From assembly GCA_964620085.1 (NCBI GenBank), contig CAZUIQ010000006.1:1-39926 (forward strand): a DNA stretch of 39,926 nucleotides. Reading direction: 5' to 3'. The first letter of the stretch is position 1. Each line of letters starts with the position of its first letter. The position numbers were made by a program, and so were the translations under genes. The notes beneath the pieces are model-generated. The model was not told where the DNA came from, made no database searches, and was given only the letters and a program-made list of their open reading frames with translations. Below are positions 25,534-32,967 of the stretch, piece by piece. Origin of the DNA: an uncultured Candidatus Saccharibacteria bacterium. Its GTDB lineage: Bacteria > Patescibacteriota > Minisyncoccia > Phycocordibacterales > UBA1006.

Positions 25534-25560
25534 AAAAAGGGCGCAATATGCACCCTTTTA
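25533..25560 (-). terminator. intrinsic terminator after ORF 25566-26042
   Basis: AGGGTGC-ATATT-GCGCCCT followed by T6. Confidence 0.75.
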
Positions 25561-25565
25561 AAAAC

Positions 25566-26042
25566 TTATAGTATGGGCTCCTTTTGTTTTTGAAGTTCCG
25601 TAATTACGTACGCAATAAATTCTAACCATTGGACTTTATGCTTTTCATTACGCACCCCAGTAGTGATAAGTCCATAGAAAGTGAGTAGTGTTTCACCGAC
25701 ATATTCAGGAATATGTCGGTTCTCTAAAGCATGTGTTGCATCAACGAATGCATTTCGAACCGATTCAAAAATAATTAACTTCTCTGGATTATTTAAATTT
25801 TCCCTTCGTTCTACATTTTCACCGCATATGATACCAATTGCATCATTTAGGGCAAACTCCACAATAATCTTGTGATTTGAATCTACAGACTTTCCTGTAA
25901 GAATAAGATCCTTCACTTGAACACCGAGGAAAATTGCAAATTCTTTTTTTGTGTCGTTTTCGAAAGCTAGCTCATTCTGTATATCATCGAGATAGCGATC
26001 GATTTCACTCTCTTGGTTAAAATCATAGTTTTGATTATCCAT
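25566..26042 (-). CDS. hypothetical protein (158 aa)
   Basis: ATG ORF with a terminator (25533-25560) downstream; no motif recognised. Confidence 0.5.
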   Translation of the reverse strand: MDNQNYDFNQESEIDRYLDDIQNELAFENDTKKEFAIFLGVQVKDLILTGKSVDSNHKIIVEFALNDAIGIICGENVERRENLNNPEKLIIFESVRNAFVDATHALENRHIPEYVGETLLTFYGLITTGVRNEKHKVQWLEFIAYVITELQKQKEPIL

Positions 26043-26059
26043 GTGAATTGTTTTTTAAG

Positions 26060-26092
26060 TACAAAAATATGCTACCATAATAGCATATTTAT
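26060..26092 (-). terminator. hairpin terminator after ORF 26145-26729
   Basis: Perfect 10-bp AT-rich stem AAATATGCTA/TAGCATATTT followed by a T-run. Confidence 0.5.
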
Positions 26093-26144
26093 CAGATTAG
26101 TCAAATCTTAATTCCACCCCTTCGTCTCCAATGTATTTTTACTT

Positions 26145-26729
26145 CTAGTTCAACTCCGGATCCTTAGGGTACCAAGCCGAATGAAGTTCTTGATATCTTT
26201 TAGCGAGTACACTATAAGTCTGATTAAGTGTTTCATACTCTTTCAAATCTCGTTCATAAGCATTGCTCGCCAAAAACAAATTCTCCTTGAACTGTTTAAT
26301 TTCTCTAACAAGCTCATCCATTTCTTGACCAGAAAGATTTGTCCCTTTTGAAAGATTAAACCTTGATTTGTCATAATCAACACTCAACGACAAAATCTTT
26401 ATCTTATGAGACAAGGTTTCAAGACTATCAAATCTCTTATCAAGATCAAAATAGTCACGTGACAATTTTTCCTCATATTCATTTAATTTTTCATACTTCT
26501 TCGAAGCTGTATCGTACATCATCTGAGCATTTTCAAATACTTCTGCATCCTCATATTCCTTACGCTCATCATTATTCGAACCATCAATAATCTCTTTGGT
26601 TTTTTGATCCTCAATAAAAGTATCGTCATTTGTGTTAAATTCTTCCATTTGGGAAAGTTTTTGTTCAACTATTTTCTGATTTTCCTGAATATTTGTACCT
26701 GATTTATGCCAGTGTATATTTTCTTTCAT
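26145..26729 (-). CDS. hypothetical acidic coiled-coil protein (194 aa)
   Basis: Starts 9 nt after the P-type ATPase stop; Glu/Lys-rich heptad-like sequence. Confidence 0.5.
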   Translation of the reverse strand: MKENIHWHKSGTNIQENQKIVEQKLSQMEEFNTNDDTFIEDQKTKEIIDGSNNDERKEYEDAEVFENAQMMYDTASKKYEKLNEYEEKLSRDYFDLDKRFDSLETLSHKIKILSLSVDYDKSRFNLSKGTNLSGQEMDELVREIKQFKENLFLASNAYERDLKEYETLNQTYSVLAKRYQELHSAWYPKDPELN

Positions 26730-26738
26730 ACCTACTCA

Positions 26739-29084
26739 TTATACTTCTTTTTGTCGAAATACTAACTTTTTTACAAGCTCGTTACAGATAAAATACAGCC
26801 CAGTAACTCCTACAAGGATACTTACCTGTATTCCCTCTAGTGGTACGAGATGAAAGACTGACCCAAAAGACATATACGGTAATCCGATCGCAATTACATA
26901 GCAAGTCATGAGTACTACACCCAGGATTTTTGACATCTTTGGTGACTTGAAAATAGAAAGTTCTGAACGAAGTGAAAATACCAACGTAAGTTCCGCAAGA
27001 ACCGAAAATACAAACCATCCCGTTCGCAAAACAGTAATATCATATCCCTTGAATGCAAAGAAGAATATGAAATCAAACACCGAACTTACTATTGCAAAGA
27101 TTACAATATACTTAAAGAATTTTCTTGCTTCATCACGAATCGGTTTCTGAATAATGCTTTGTGAAACAGTATCCATAATTAAAAACATCAATGGCACATC
27201 CGTAAGAAGATTATTCAAAAGAATTTGAATCGGGAGCATGGGAATTTGCTGCCACACCACCACCACTGCTGTAAGCGAAATAAGCGTCCCGATATTTCCC
27301 GTAAGCGTGCAGAGTAAATACGTTCGAATGTGCGCAAACGCTTTGCGACTCATAGTAATAGCACTTATGATTGGTGAGAGACTTTTTTCAAGAAGAATCA
27401 CATCCCCTGACTGCCGCGCCACATCACTTGCATTATTTACTACAAATCCAATATCAGCACGTTTCAAAGCCAGTGCATCATTAATACCCTCTCCAAGGAA
27501 TCCTACTACTCCATGATCCAAATGCTCATTAATTAATTCAGATTTTTGCTCCGGTTTACATCGAGCATACACCACGTATTTTTCTATGTCATTATTATTT
27601 TCGGACTTCCAGGTATCCATTGAAAATACTGCATTCTTGTCAATTTTTATATCAAGTTTATTTCCAATATATTCTGCAACTGACAAACTATCACCAGTAA
27701 CAATCTTTACATCTACAGACAAATCCTTGATCGATGTATAGAGCTCTTTTGCATCACTTTTAAGTGGATCTTCAAATAATACCGCACCAAGCAATGAGTA
27801 ACCTTTACTCATTGCATCTTTTTTTGCAAATGCAATTACCCGCAAACCTTTTTGTTCTGCTTCGAGGCACTGTGTTTGAAAATCGTTTTCATTCGCGTCA
27901 CATGATGCACATACTCGCGCATACTGTCCTCGAATAATTTCTGATCCGTCGATAAGGGTATACACCGAAAATCCTCGTGCGATCTGAAATGGTGAGAGCG
28001 CAAGTTCCTGAGGACTACTTTTAGTTTCTCCAAGGTATTTACCAATAGCTTGGTCAAAAACATTATCCATTGGAGTACGCTCATAGAGGCCTTCCGAAAT
28101 AACTGAAAGACTCGAAGTGAGATCTTTGTGATCTACAATACTACTTACCTTTAGATTATTTTCGGTTACTGTCCCAGTCTTATCTGTAAAGAAATAATTC
28201 ATACTTCCAAGATTTTGAAGCACCGATAATTTCTTTACAATCACATTATTTTTTGCCAAAGCTAAAGCTTCACGAGTAAGGATAATGGTAACTATAAGAG
28301 GTAGCGATTCTGGAACAACTCCTACAAGCATCGCAATCGCATACAATACATATTCAGATCCGGTAAGACTATGTACTACTAATACATTCAATATAAATAC
28401 TGCAGCCAAACATAGTACGGTTAATATGAGAATATATTTACTCACTGAATGAATGAAGGATTCAAAACTATTACTCTTTGTCATTTTTGAAATTTTTTCA
28501 GCGTACATTAACAAAGAACTTTGTTTTCCAACAGCAATAATTTGTCCGGTAAGATTTCCTTGTACAATACTGACTCCGGCAAATAATGTATCACCCACAA
28601 CAAACGCTTTCGGGAGAGTTTCTCCTGTGCGCACTGACTCGTCGACAAATAAATCCTTAGCATCTCGAATAATCATATCCGCTACGATCACATCGCCGGG
28701 TTCTCCAAACACAATGTCCCCCATCACGATGTCGGTGCTTGGAATTTTTACAAGCAGGCCATCACGCCGTACCATAACTGTGTGCGCAATAAGTTTTTCC
28801 AAAGCCTGGGTACTTTTATTGGCTCGAAATTCTTGGAAGAATCCAATAATGGCATTAATTCCCGCGATACTGAAAAATATGATCCCGTCTAACGAATGAT
28901 GCAACAGCATAGATAAAATCCCTGAAATAATAAGCAGTGCAAAGAAAAATGATACAATCTGATTTTTAAAAGTAACCAACACAAGCTCTGCATCCGACAC
29001 ATGATGAGCAGGAGTATTTTTAGGAAGCTGGCTTACTTCTTCCGTAGTTAGTCCGGTAAGCAGATCTGTATTGGTTGGATTCAT
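26739..29084 (-). CDS. cation-transporting P-type ATPase
   Basis: Phosphorylation motif DKTGTVTEN, actuator motif TGET, VTGD, hinge GEGINDALALKRADIGF, about 10 transmembrane segments. Confidence 0.9.
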   Translation of the reverse strand: MNPTNTDLLTGLTTEEVSQLPKNTPAHHVSDAELVLVTFKNQIVSFFFALLIISGILSMLLHHSLDGIIFFSIAGINAIIGFFQEFRANKSTQALEKLIAHTVMVRRDGLLVKIPSTDIVMGDIVFGEPGDVIVADMIIRDAKDLFVDESVRTGETLPKAFVVGDTLFAGVSIVQGNLTGQIIAVGKQSSLLMYAEKISKMTKSNSFESFIHSVSKYILILTVLCLAAVFILNVLVVHSLTGSEYVLYAIAMLVGVVPESLPLIVTIILTREALALAKNNVIVKKLSVLQNLGSMNYFFTDKTGTVTENNLKVSSIVDHKDLTSSLSVISEGLYERTPMDNVFDQAIGKYLGETKSSPQELALSPFQIARGFSVYTLIDGSEIIRGQYARVCASCDANENDFQTQCLEAEQKGLRVIAFAKKDAMSKGYSLLGAVLFEDPLKSDAKELYTSIKDLSVDVKIVTGDSLSVAEYIGNKLDIKIDKNAVFSMDTWKSENNNDIEKYVVYARCKPEQKSELINEHLDHGVVGFLGEGINDALALKRADIGFVVNNASDVARQSGDVILLEKSLSPIISAITMSRKAFAHIRTYLLCTLTGNIGTLISLTAVVVVWQQIPMLPIQILLNNLLTDVPLMFLIMDTVSQSIIQKPIRDEARKFFKYIVIFAIVSSVFDFIFFFAFKGYDITVLRTGWFVFSVLAELTLVFSLRSELSIFKSPKMSKILGVVLMTCYVIAIGLPYMSFGSVFHLVPLEGIQVSILVGVTGLYFICNELVKKLVFRQKEV

Positions 29085-29090
29085 GATTTT

Positions 29091-29099
29091 ATTATAACA
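29091..29099 (-). promoter_or_regulatory. extended -10 TGtTATAAT, 6 nt before the P-type ATPase ATG
   Basis: Follows a hairpin/T-run at 29101-29125. Confidence 0.55.
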
Positions 29100-29143
29100 A
29101 AAAAAAGTGCTCTATGCACCTTTTTAGGCATTCTTTTAATGCT

Positions 29144-29836
29144 TTAATTCCAACCCTTTGCTTCTAGGGCATTTCGCGCGGCAGCTGTTTCGGCTTCTTG
29201 TTTCGAAGACCCCTTTCCTTCAGCAATTTTTGTATCACGGAAGTAAATTCCTACGGTGAAGATTTTGTCATGATCAGGACCGGTATCATGAAGTACTTTG
29301 TATGACGGAGTCACACCTTCGTGTTCTTGCGATTTTTCCTGAACATACGATTTCGCATCACGCCACAATCCATGTTTGATAATATTTTCAAGTTCTGGAA
29401 GAAGGTGTGCGTGAATAAATTCTTTTGCTGCATCATATCCTTGATCAAGGTATAACGCCCCAGTAAATGCTTCGAACGTGTTCGCAAGAATGTAGGCTCG
29501 TGCCTTGCCCATATCTTTTGCCTCACCTTTTGAGAGTAAGAGGTAATTATCAAATCCAAGGTTTTTAGAGGCATCAGAAATTGTGTTCGTGTTCACTAAC
29601 GATGCACGAAACGCCGTCAGCTCTCCTTCTGGTTTGTCACTATACTTAGTGTATAAATAGTCAGTCACAATGAGTTCCATGACGGCATCCCCTAGAAATT
29701 CCAATCGCTCGTTGTGCCCCATTCCCAATCCTGCATTCTCGTTTAAATAGGATCTATGCAAAAACGCCTGCTTGAGCAAGTCTTTGTTTTTGAACTCAAT
29801 ATTTAGCTTTTTTTCTAATTCTGAGAAGTCTTTCAT
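29144..29836 (-). CDS. rnc: ribonuclease III
   Basis: Signature ERLEFLGDAV; C-terminal dsRNA-binding domain (GPDHDKIFTV...GSSKQEAETAAA). Confidence 0.95.
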   Translation of the reverse strand: MKDFSELEKKLNIEFKNKDLLKQAFLHRSYLNENAGLGMGHNERLEFLGDAVMELIVTDYLYTKYSDKPEGELTAFRASLVNTNTISDASKNLGFDNYLLLSKGEAKDMGKARAYILANTFEAFTGALYLDQGYDAAKEFIHAHLLPELENIIKHGLWRDAKSYVQEKSQEHEGVTPSYKVLHDTGPDHDKIFTVGIYFRDTKIAEGKGSSKQEAETAAARNALEAKGWN

Positions 29837-29869
29837 GTAAAAATCATCTACTCTTTATATTACTTTTAT

Positions 29870-29898
29870 AGTATACGCTATACAGCCCTACTTTTCAA
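29870..29898 (-). promoter_or_regulatory. rnc promoter TTGAAA-17-TATACT
   Basis: -35 at 29893-29898, -10 at 29870-29875, about 33 nt before the rnc ATG. Confidence 0.55.
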
Positions 29899-29901
29899 GG
29901 C

Positions 29902-29936
29902 AAAAAAAATCCCCCGGCTTATACAGCTTGGGGGGA
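29902..29936 (-). terminator. strong intrinsic terminator inside the ORF-free locus
   Basis: TCCCCC...GGGGGA stem with an inner GC pairing, followed by T8. Confidence 0.75.
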
Positions 29937-29971
29937 CCTTATTTGTATTTATGTTAAAGAAACAATTACTT
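29902..29971 (-). ncRNA. candidate small RNA of about 70 nt (promoter-to-terminator prediction only)
   Basis: Consensus promoter 29978-30006 followed by terminator 29902-29936, with no start codon between them. Confidence 0.3.
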
Positions 29972-29977
29972 GTTCTT

Positions 29978-30006
29978 AGTATATACTATTGGTAATACAT
30001 TGTCAA
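29978..30006 (-). promoter_or_regulatory. orphan consensus promoter TTGACA-17-TATACT (no ORF downstream)
   Basis: -35 at 30001-30006, -10 at 29978-29983; terminator 29902-29936 lies about 70 nt downstream. Confidence 0.5.
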
Positions 30007-30027
30007 GTTTTTAAATGTGGATAAAGT
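30000..30027 (+). promoter_or_regulatory. orphan promoter TTGTCA-16-TAAAGT (no ORF downstream)
   Basis: Its -35 overlaps the -35 of the opposite-strand promoter; terminator 30103-30136 lies about 100 nt downstream. Confidence 0.4.
30016..30024 (-). promoter_or_regulatory. perfect DnaA-box consensus (TGTGGATAA on plus = TTATCCACA on minus)
   Basis: Exact 9-mer inside the longest non-coding region; 7/9 matches at 30207-30215, 30229-30237 and 30258-30266. Confidence 0.4.
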
Positions 30028-30033
30028 AAATTC

Positions 30034-30136
30034 CCTACAAAACCTTTTAAAAAGGGGTTTTGGTCGCCAATTGTGGTATCTATTTTAATTTATAAGATAA
30101 AACCACCTGATACCGCAGGTGGATTCTTGTTTTTTT
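30034..30136 (+). ncRNA. candidate small RNA of about 100 nt (promoter-to-terminator prediction only)
   Basis: Promoter 30000-30027 followed by terminator 30103-30136; no plausible ORF. Confidence 0.25.
30103..30136 (+). terminator. intrinsic terminator inside the ORF-free locus (partly bidirectional)
   Basis: CCACCTG-ATACCG-CAGGTGG followed by ATTCTTGTTTTTTT; a T4 follows it on the minus strand. Confidence 0.7.
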
Positions 30137-30225
30137 GTGTACTGATAAAAAATTAATTTATCAGCGCTTTGCTTCTAGGGTATAAGCTCGGCGGTATATT
30201 TTTGTATTCACCACAAGATACTTAA

Positions 30226-30276
30226 GACTTATCCAATACTGGGCTTAAATATAATATGTATCCAGAGGACTTATCC
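30226..30276. repeat. direct repeat GACTTATCC x2 (30226-30234 and 30268-30276)
   Basis: Exact 9-mers 42 nt apart; each contains TTATCC, the DnaA-box half. Confidence 0.6.
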
Positions 30277-30333
30277 TTTTATTCGTTTTCACGAAAGCAT
30301 GGGCCTACAACAGTTAAAGAATACTCTGTTAAC

Positions 30334-30362
30334 AGCATAGCACATATAGTTTAATATGTCAA
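30334..30362 (-). promoter_or_regulatory. orphan promoter TTGACA-17-TATGCT (no ORF downstream)
   Basis: -35 at 30357-30362, immediately after hairpin 30362-30400; -10 at 30334-30339. Confidence 0.4.
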
Positions 30363-30400
30363 GGACTAAAAATACCTCCTAGGGGAAGGTATTTTTAGTC
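30362..30400 (-). other. 14-bp perfect hairpin immediately after the nusB-nudix stop codon
   Basis: GGACTAAAAATACC-N11-GGTATTTTTAGTCC; no T-run follows on the minus strand. Confidence 0.6.
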
Positions 30401-31306
30401 CTACATCGCCATGATCTTTTCAACTGCCATCGCCATTAACTGTGTTACATCGTCATACATCGTAAGATCTGAAATTTCCGACATATCAAACCATTTTGCA
30501 TCCTTGAGTCCCCCTGAGGTTGATTCCAAAACTAGTGGAACATAGTCAGCTTGAGCTAGGAAGTAGTACACATGCTTTTTTACCGGACCTCGCTCTGGAT
30601 GGTGTGCCACATATTCATTTTCTCCAAGCTTTTCGATAATTTTAATATCAAGACTTATTTCCTCCTTAAGTTCACGAATCGTTCCTTCTTCTGCACTTTC
30701 CCCTTCTTCGATAGAACCTTTTGAGAGTGTCCAGTATCCAAATACATCAAATACCATTGCAAATCGAACTGTTCCAGATTCGTCTTTAGAGAACACTACT
30801 GCGCCTCCTTTCATATCTACAGGATACTGCGAAGGATCAAGTGCCACATGTGGCTTTTTCTTTTTAGAAACCTGCTCCTTTCCTGGTTCTCCAATTTCCT
30901 TATAAATAGCACCAAGTACCCCGTTAATAAACGGACCTGACTTTTCTCCACCAAACGCCTTACCCAATTCAATAGCCTCGTTAATCGCAACTTTTGGAGG
31001 CACGTTTTCACGATCCCCAAAAAGGAGTTCATACAATCCCAATCGCAAAATGTTACGATCAACAACCGATATTTTTTCAATCGGCCAATCGGGTGCAGCT
31101 TTTTCAATAATCTCATCAAGTACCTTTCTCTTGTTTACTACCCCTTTCGTTGTTTCCTTGATAAATGAAGGATCATCGATACCCGCACTAAACTCACCGA
31201 GACAATGCTCGAGAGCCAAATCTGCACGCGACTCATCAAACCCGTTAAAATCGAGTTCGAAGAGGGCTTGCATAATAATTGAACGTGCAACGTGTCGATG
31301 TGACAT
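30401..31306 (-). CDS. nusB: NusB-like antitermination domain fused to a Nudix hydrolase domain
   Basis: N-terminal half RHVARSIIMQALFELDF ... NEAIELGKAFGGEKSGPFINGVLG (NusB). C-terminal half has the Nudix box GSIEEGESAEEGTIRELKEEISL (GX5EX7REUXEEXGU with the last G as S). The ATG at 31306 is used; the longer track ORF would overlap rpmF. Confidence 0.8.
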   Translation of the reverse strand: MSHRHVARSIIMQALFELDFNGFDESRADLALEHCLGEFSAGIDDPSFIKETTKGVVNKRKVLDEIIEKAAPDWPIEKISVVDRNILRLGLYELLFGDRENVPPKVAINEAIELGKAFGGEKSGPFINGVLGAIYKEIGEPGKEQVSKKKKPHVALDPSQYPVDMKGGAVVFSKDESGTVRFAMVFDVFGYWTLSKGSIEEGESAEEGTIRELKEEISLDIKIIEKLGENEYVAHHPERGPVKKHVYYFLAQADYVPLVLESTSGGLKDAKWFDMSEISDLTMYDDVTQLMAMAVEKIMAM

Positions 31307-31352
31307 AAAAGTAGTGAAAGAGCTTAGTGAAATGATAAAAGATGAATAAAGA

Positions 31353-31571
31353 CTATTTCTTCTTACCAGCAGCCTTAGTTTGCTTTTTAGCAACCTTAGC
31401 TACAACGTCGAGAACCTTGCGGCCTCGGTACATTCCAGTTGTAGTATCAATGCGGTGACGCAAGTGAGTTCCTCCTGTCTTTACATCGTTTGTAGTCTTC
31501 GGAGCTTCAAGAGCATGATGACTGCGACGATTCGCTGTGTGTGATTTTGTGTGACGCATTCGTACTACCAT
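31353..31571 (-). CDS. rpmF: 50S ribosomal protein L32
   Basis: RRSHHAL ... THLRHRI....G.YRGRKV pattern of bL32. Confidence 0.85.
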   Translation of the reverse strand: MVVRMRHTKSHTANRRSHHALEAPKTTNDVKTGGTHLRHRIDTTTGMYRGRKVLDVVAKVAKKQTKAAGKKK

Positions 31572-31580
31572 ATAGATGAG

Positions 31581-31589
31581 ATATTATCA
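31581..31589 (-). promoter_or_regulatory. extended -10 TGaTAATAT, 9 nt before the rpmF ATG
   Basis: Sequence match; no SD motif. Confidence 0.45.
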
Positions 31590-31607
31590 GAGATTGGGAA
31601 ATAATGC

Positions 31608-31746
31608 AATACCACCCCCGTCCGCCAGCCGGCGGATCGGCCCCTCCTATAAATAGGAGGGGATCCCACATCGCACCTTAGGTTCCATAAGGATCTCCTC
31701 CTGTTTATAGGAGGAGGGACAGCCGTTAGGCTGCCGAGGTGGTATT
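31608..31746. other. GC-rich multi-hairpin element between rnhB and rpmF
   Basis: Hairpins at 31621-31636, 31641-31662, 31676-31692, 31695-31716 and 31720-31733, enclosed by the 9-nt complementarity AATACCACC (31608-31616) / GGTGGTATT (31738-31746). Confidence 0.6.
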
Positions 31747-32343
31747 TCTCAAAAACAACCTCCTATGAATCGGAGTCACCCCATACTTTTTTATTGCCTT
31801 ATAATGTTCTGGGGTTCCATACCCTTTATGAGTATAAAAACCATATTGAGGAAATTCAAGATCGTACTTTTTCATAAGCGCGTCACGATACACCTTGGCT
31901 AATACCGAAGCACAAGAAATCACAGGAATTTTCCCATCACCCTTGATAATAGTATGCTGTCTAAAAAAATTTTGCGGTGCCTTGAGTCCGCCATCCAAAT
32001 AAACATCGGCATGCTCCGGATGAATTTTTAATTTTTTTAATGTCGCGTCAAGGGCCATCTGTATTGCCTTGGTCAAACCTTTCTCGTCAATAATTTCTGA
32101 AGATGTTGAAGCTATTTTATACACACACTTACCCTGTTTTACCAGTTCACATAATTTATGGGCCACCACATCTCTTTTTTGTTCAGATAGTACTTTTGAA
32201 TCTTTTGCTCCAACAGTATCAAGTAATCCTAAGTCATGCTCAAGGATCGCAAACGCACACACGGTCACCGGACCCGCCAAGGGACCTCGGCCTACCTCGT
32301 CGATACCTATAATGTATTTGATCTTCTCAGGAGTTCTACCCAT
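31726..32343 (-). CDS. rnhB: ribonuclease HII
   Basis: IGIDEVGRGPLAGPVTV, DSK and ASVLAK motifs. Confidence 0.93.
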   Translation of the reverse strand: MGRTPEKIKYIIGIDEVGRGPLAGPVTVCAFAILEHDLGLLDTVGAKDSKVLSEQKRDVVAHKLCELVKQGKCVYKIASTSSEIIDEKGLTKAIQMALDATLKKLKIHPEHADVYLDGGLKAPQNFFRQHTIIKGDGKIPVISCASVLAKVYRDALMKKYDLEFPQYGFYTHKGYGTPEHYKAIKKYGVTPIHRRLFLRNTTSAA

Positions 32344-32349
32344 GGGGTT

Positions 32350-32358
32350 AGTATATCA
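32350..32358 (-). promoter_or_regulatory. extended -10 TGaTATACT, 6 nt before the rnhB ATG
   Basis: Sequence match; no SD motif. Confidence 0.5.
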
Positions 32359-32474
32359 AATCCGCCCAATAAACCATCTTGCAAAACCTTGGCAGTTATT
32401 CTATATTTAGAGTATCCAAATAGAGTAATTTGCTAAGGATCATAGCCGGAGCAAGCCACATCGCAAGATGTGGT

Positions 32475-32852
32475 CTATTTCGTTTCGAATAATGTCTTAT
32501 CATATGCCGTAAGTAACCACTTTTTTGCTTTTCCATACCAATTTAAACTAACAGTGGCATCGAATTGTTCCGATGATAACTTGATACGATTTGGAGATAT
32601 TGATACTACGTCACACTGATCTAATATTTCTTGTATTTTGCCAATCACTTCAGGATGTTTTTTCACAATCTTTGCATATCCAGTATTTTCATCACCCCAA
32701 AACAAATCAATGCTGCCAATCGATTTATAGTAGAATGCATTCCTTATTTCTCCAGATTTATTTTCAAGCATAAAAATCTCGGCTCCTGCACCTTTTGGGC
32801 CTTCATAAATATCACCAAATTCACCAACTCCTAAGTACTTAATATTTTGCAT
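32475..32852 (-). CDS. hypothetical protein (125 aa)
   Basis: ATG ORF 6 nt downstream of TGcTAGGAT; the GYAKIVKKHPEV segment faintly resembles phage-associated barnase/EndoU-like nuclease families, which I could not verify. Confidence 0.45.
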   Translation of the reverse strand: MQNIKYLGVGEFGDIYEGPKGAGAEIFMLENKSGEIRNAFYYKSIGSIDLFWGDENTGYAKIVKKHPEVIGKIQEILDQCDVVSISPNRIKLSSEQFDATVSLNWYGKAKKWLLTAYDKTLFETK

Positions 32853-32858
32853 CGACCA

Positions 32859-32867
32859 ATCCTAGCA
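32859..32867 (-). promoter_or_regulatory. extended -10 TGcTAGGAT, 6 nt before the ATG of the 125-aa ORF
   Basis: Sequence match. Confidence 0.4.
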
Positions 32868-32925
32868 AACCAAGATAAATTCCTGATAAACTTTTTTCCA
32901 GAAACATTTATCTTCTCCTTGCACT

Positions 32926-32957
32926 AAAAAAGCGCGGTTTGGGGAGCGAACCGGGGT
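32926..32957 (-). terminator. possible terminator after ORF 32968-33516
   Basis: CGGTT-N9-AACCG followed by CGCTTTTTT. Confidence 0.4.
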
Positions 32958-32967
32958 TTTTGTTAAA

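Larger units (their letters stand above)
30096..30327 (-). ncRNA. candidate non-coding transcript of about 230 nt
   Basis: Promoter 30334-30362; hairpin 30103-30122 plus T4 on the minus strand; contains the direct repeats GGATAAGTC and an 8-bp hairpin (30142-30164). Confidence 0.2.

Noticed and set aside
29908-29928. RNase P RNA-like strings: CCCGGCTTAT on the plus strand (29913-29922), and AGGATAAGTCC on the minus strand (30268-30278) resembling the P4 strand AGGAAAGTCC.
   Set aside because: The two strings lie on opposite strands. A plus-strand RNase P would have to overlap the rnc CDS. The minus-strand candidate P4 partners are only about 85 nt apart and pair poorly. No other conserved RNase P regions were seen.
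31307-31393. N-terminal extensions in the track ORFs: nusB to 31393, infA to 6679, the mgtC-like gene to 15598 and the actin-like gene to 9226.
   Set aside because: The extensions start at non-ATG codons, overlap upstream genes or predicted -10 boxes, and add residues absent from the protein families. The internal ATGs fit the promoter geometry.
31676-31692. tRNA T-arm-like hairpin CCTTA-GGTTCCA-TAAGG within the GC-rich element.
   Set aside because: No acceptor, D or anticodon arms can be built around it on either strand, and the loop does not fit the TTCRANY pattern in register.
32456-32465. The 10-mer CCACATCGCA shared between the hairpin after ORF 32475-32852 and the GC-rich element (31666-31675).
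   Set aside because: Many 10-mer coincidences are expected by chance within 40 kb, and the flanking sequence is unrelated.
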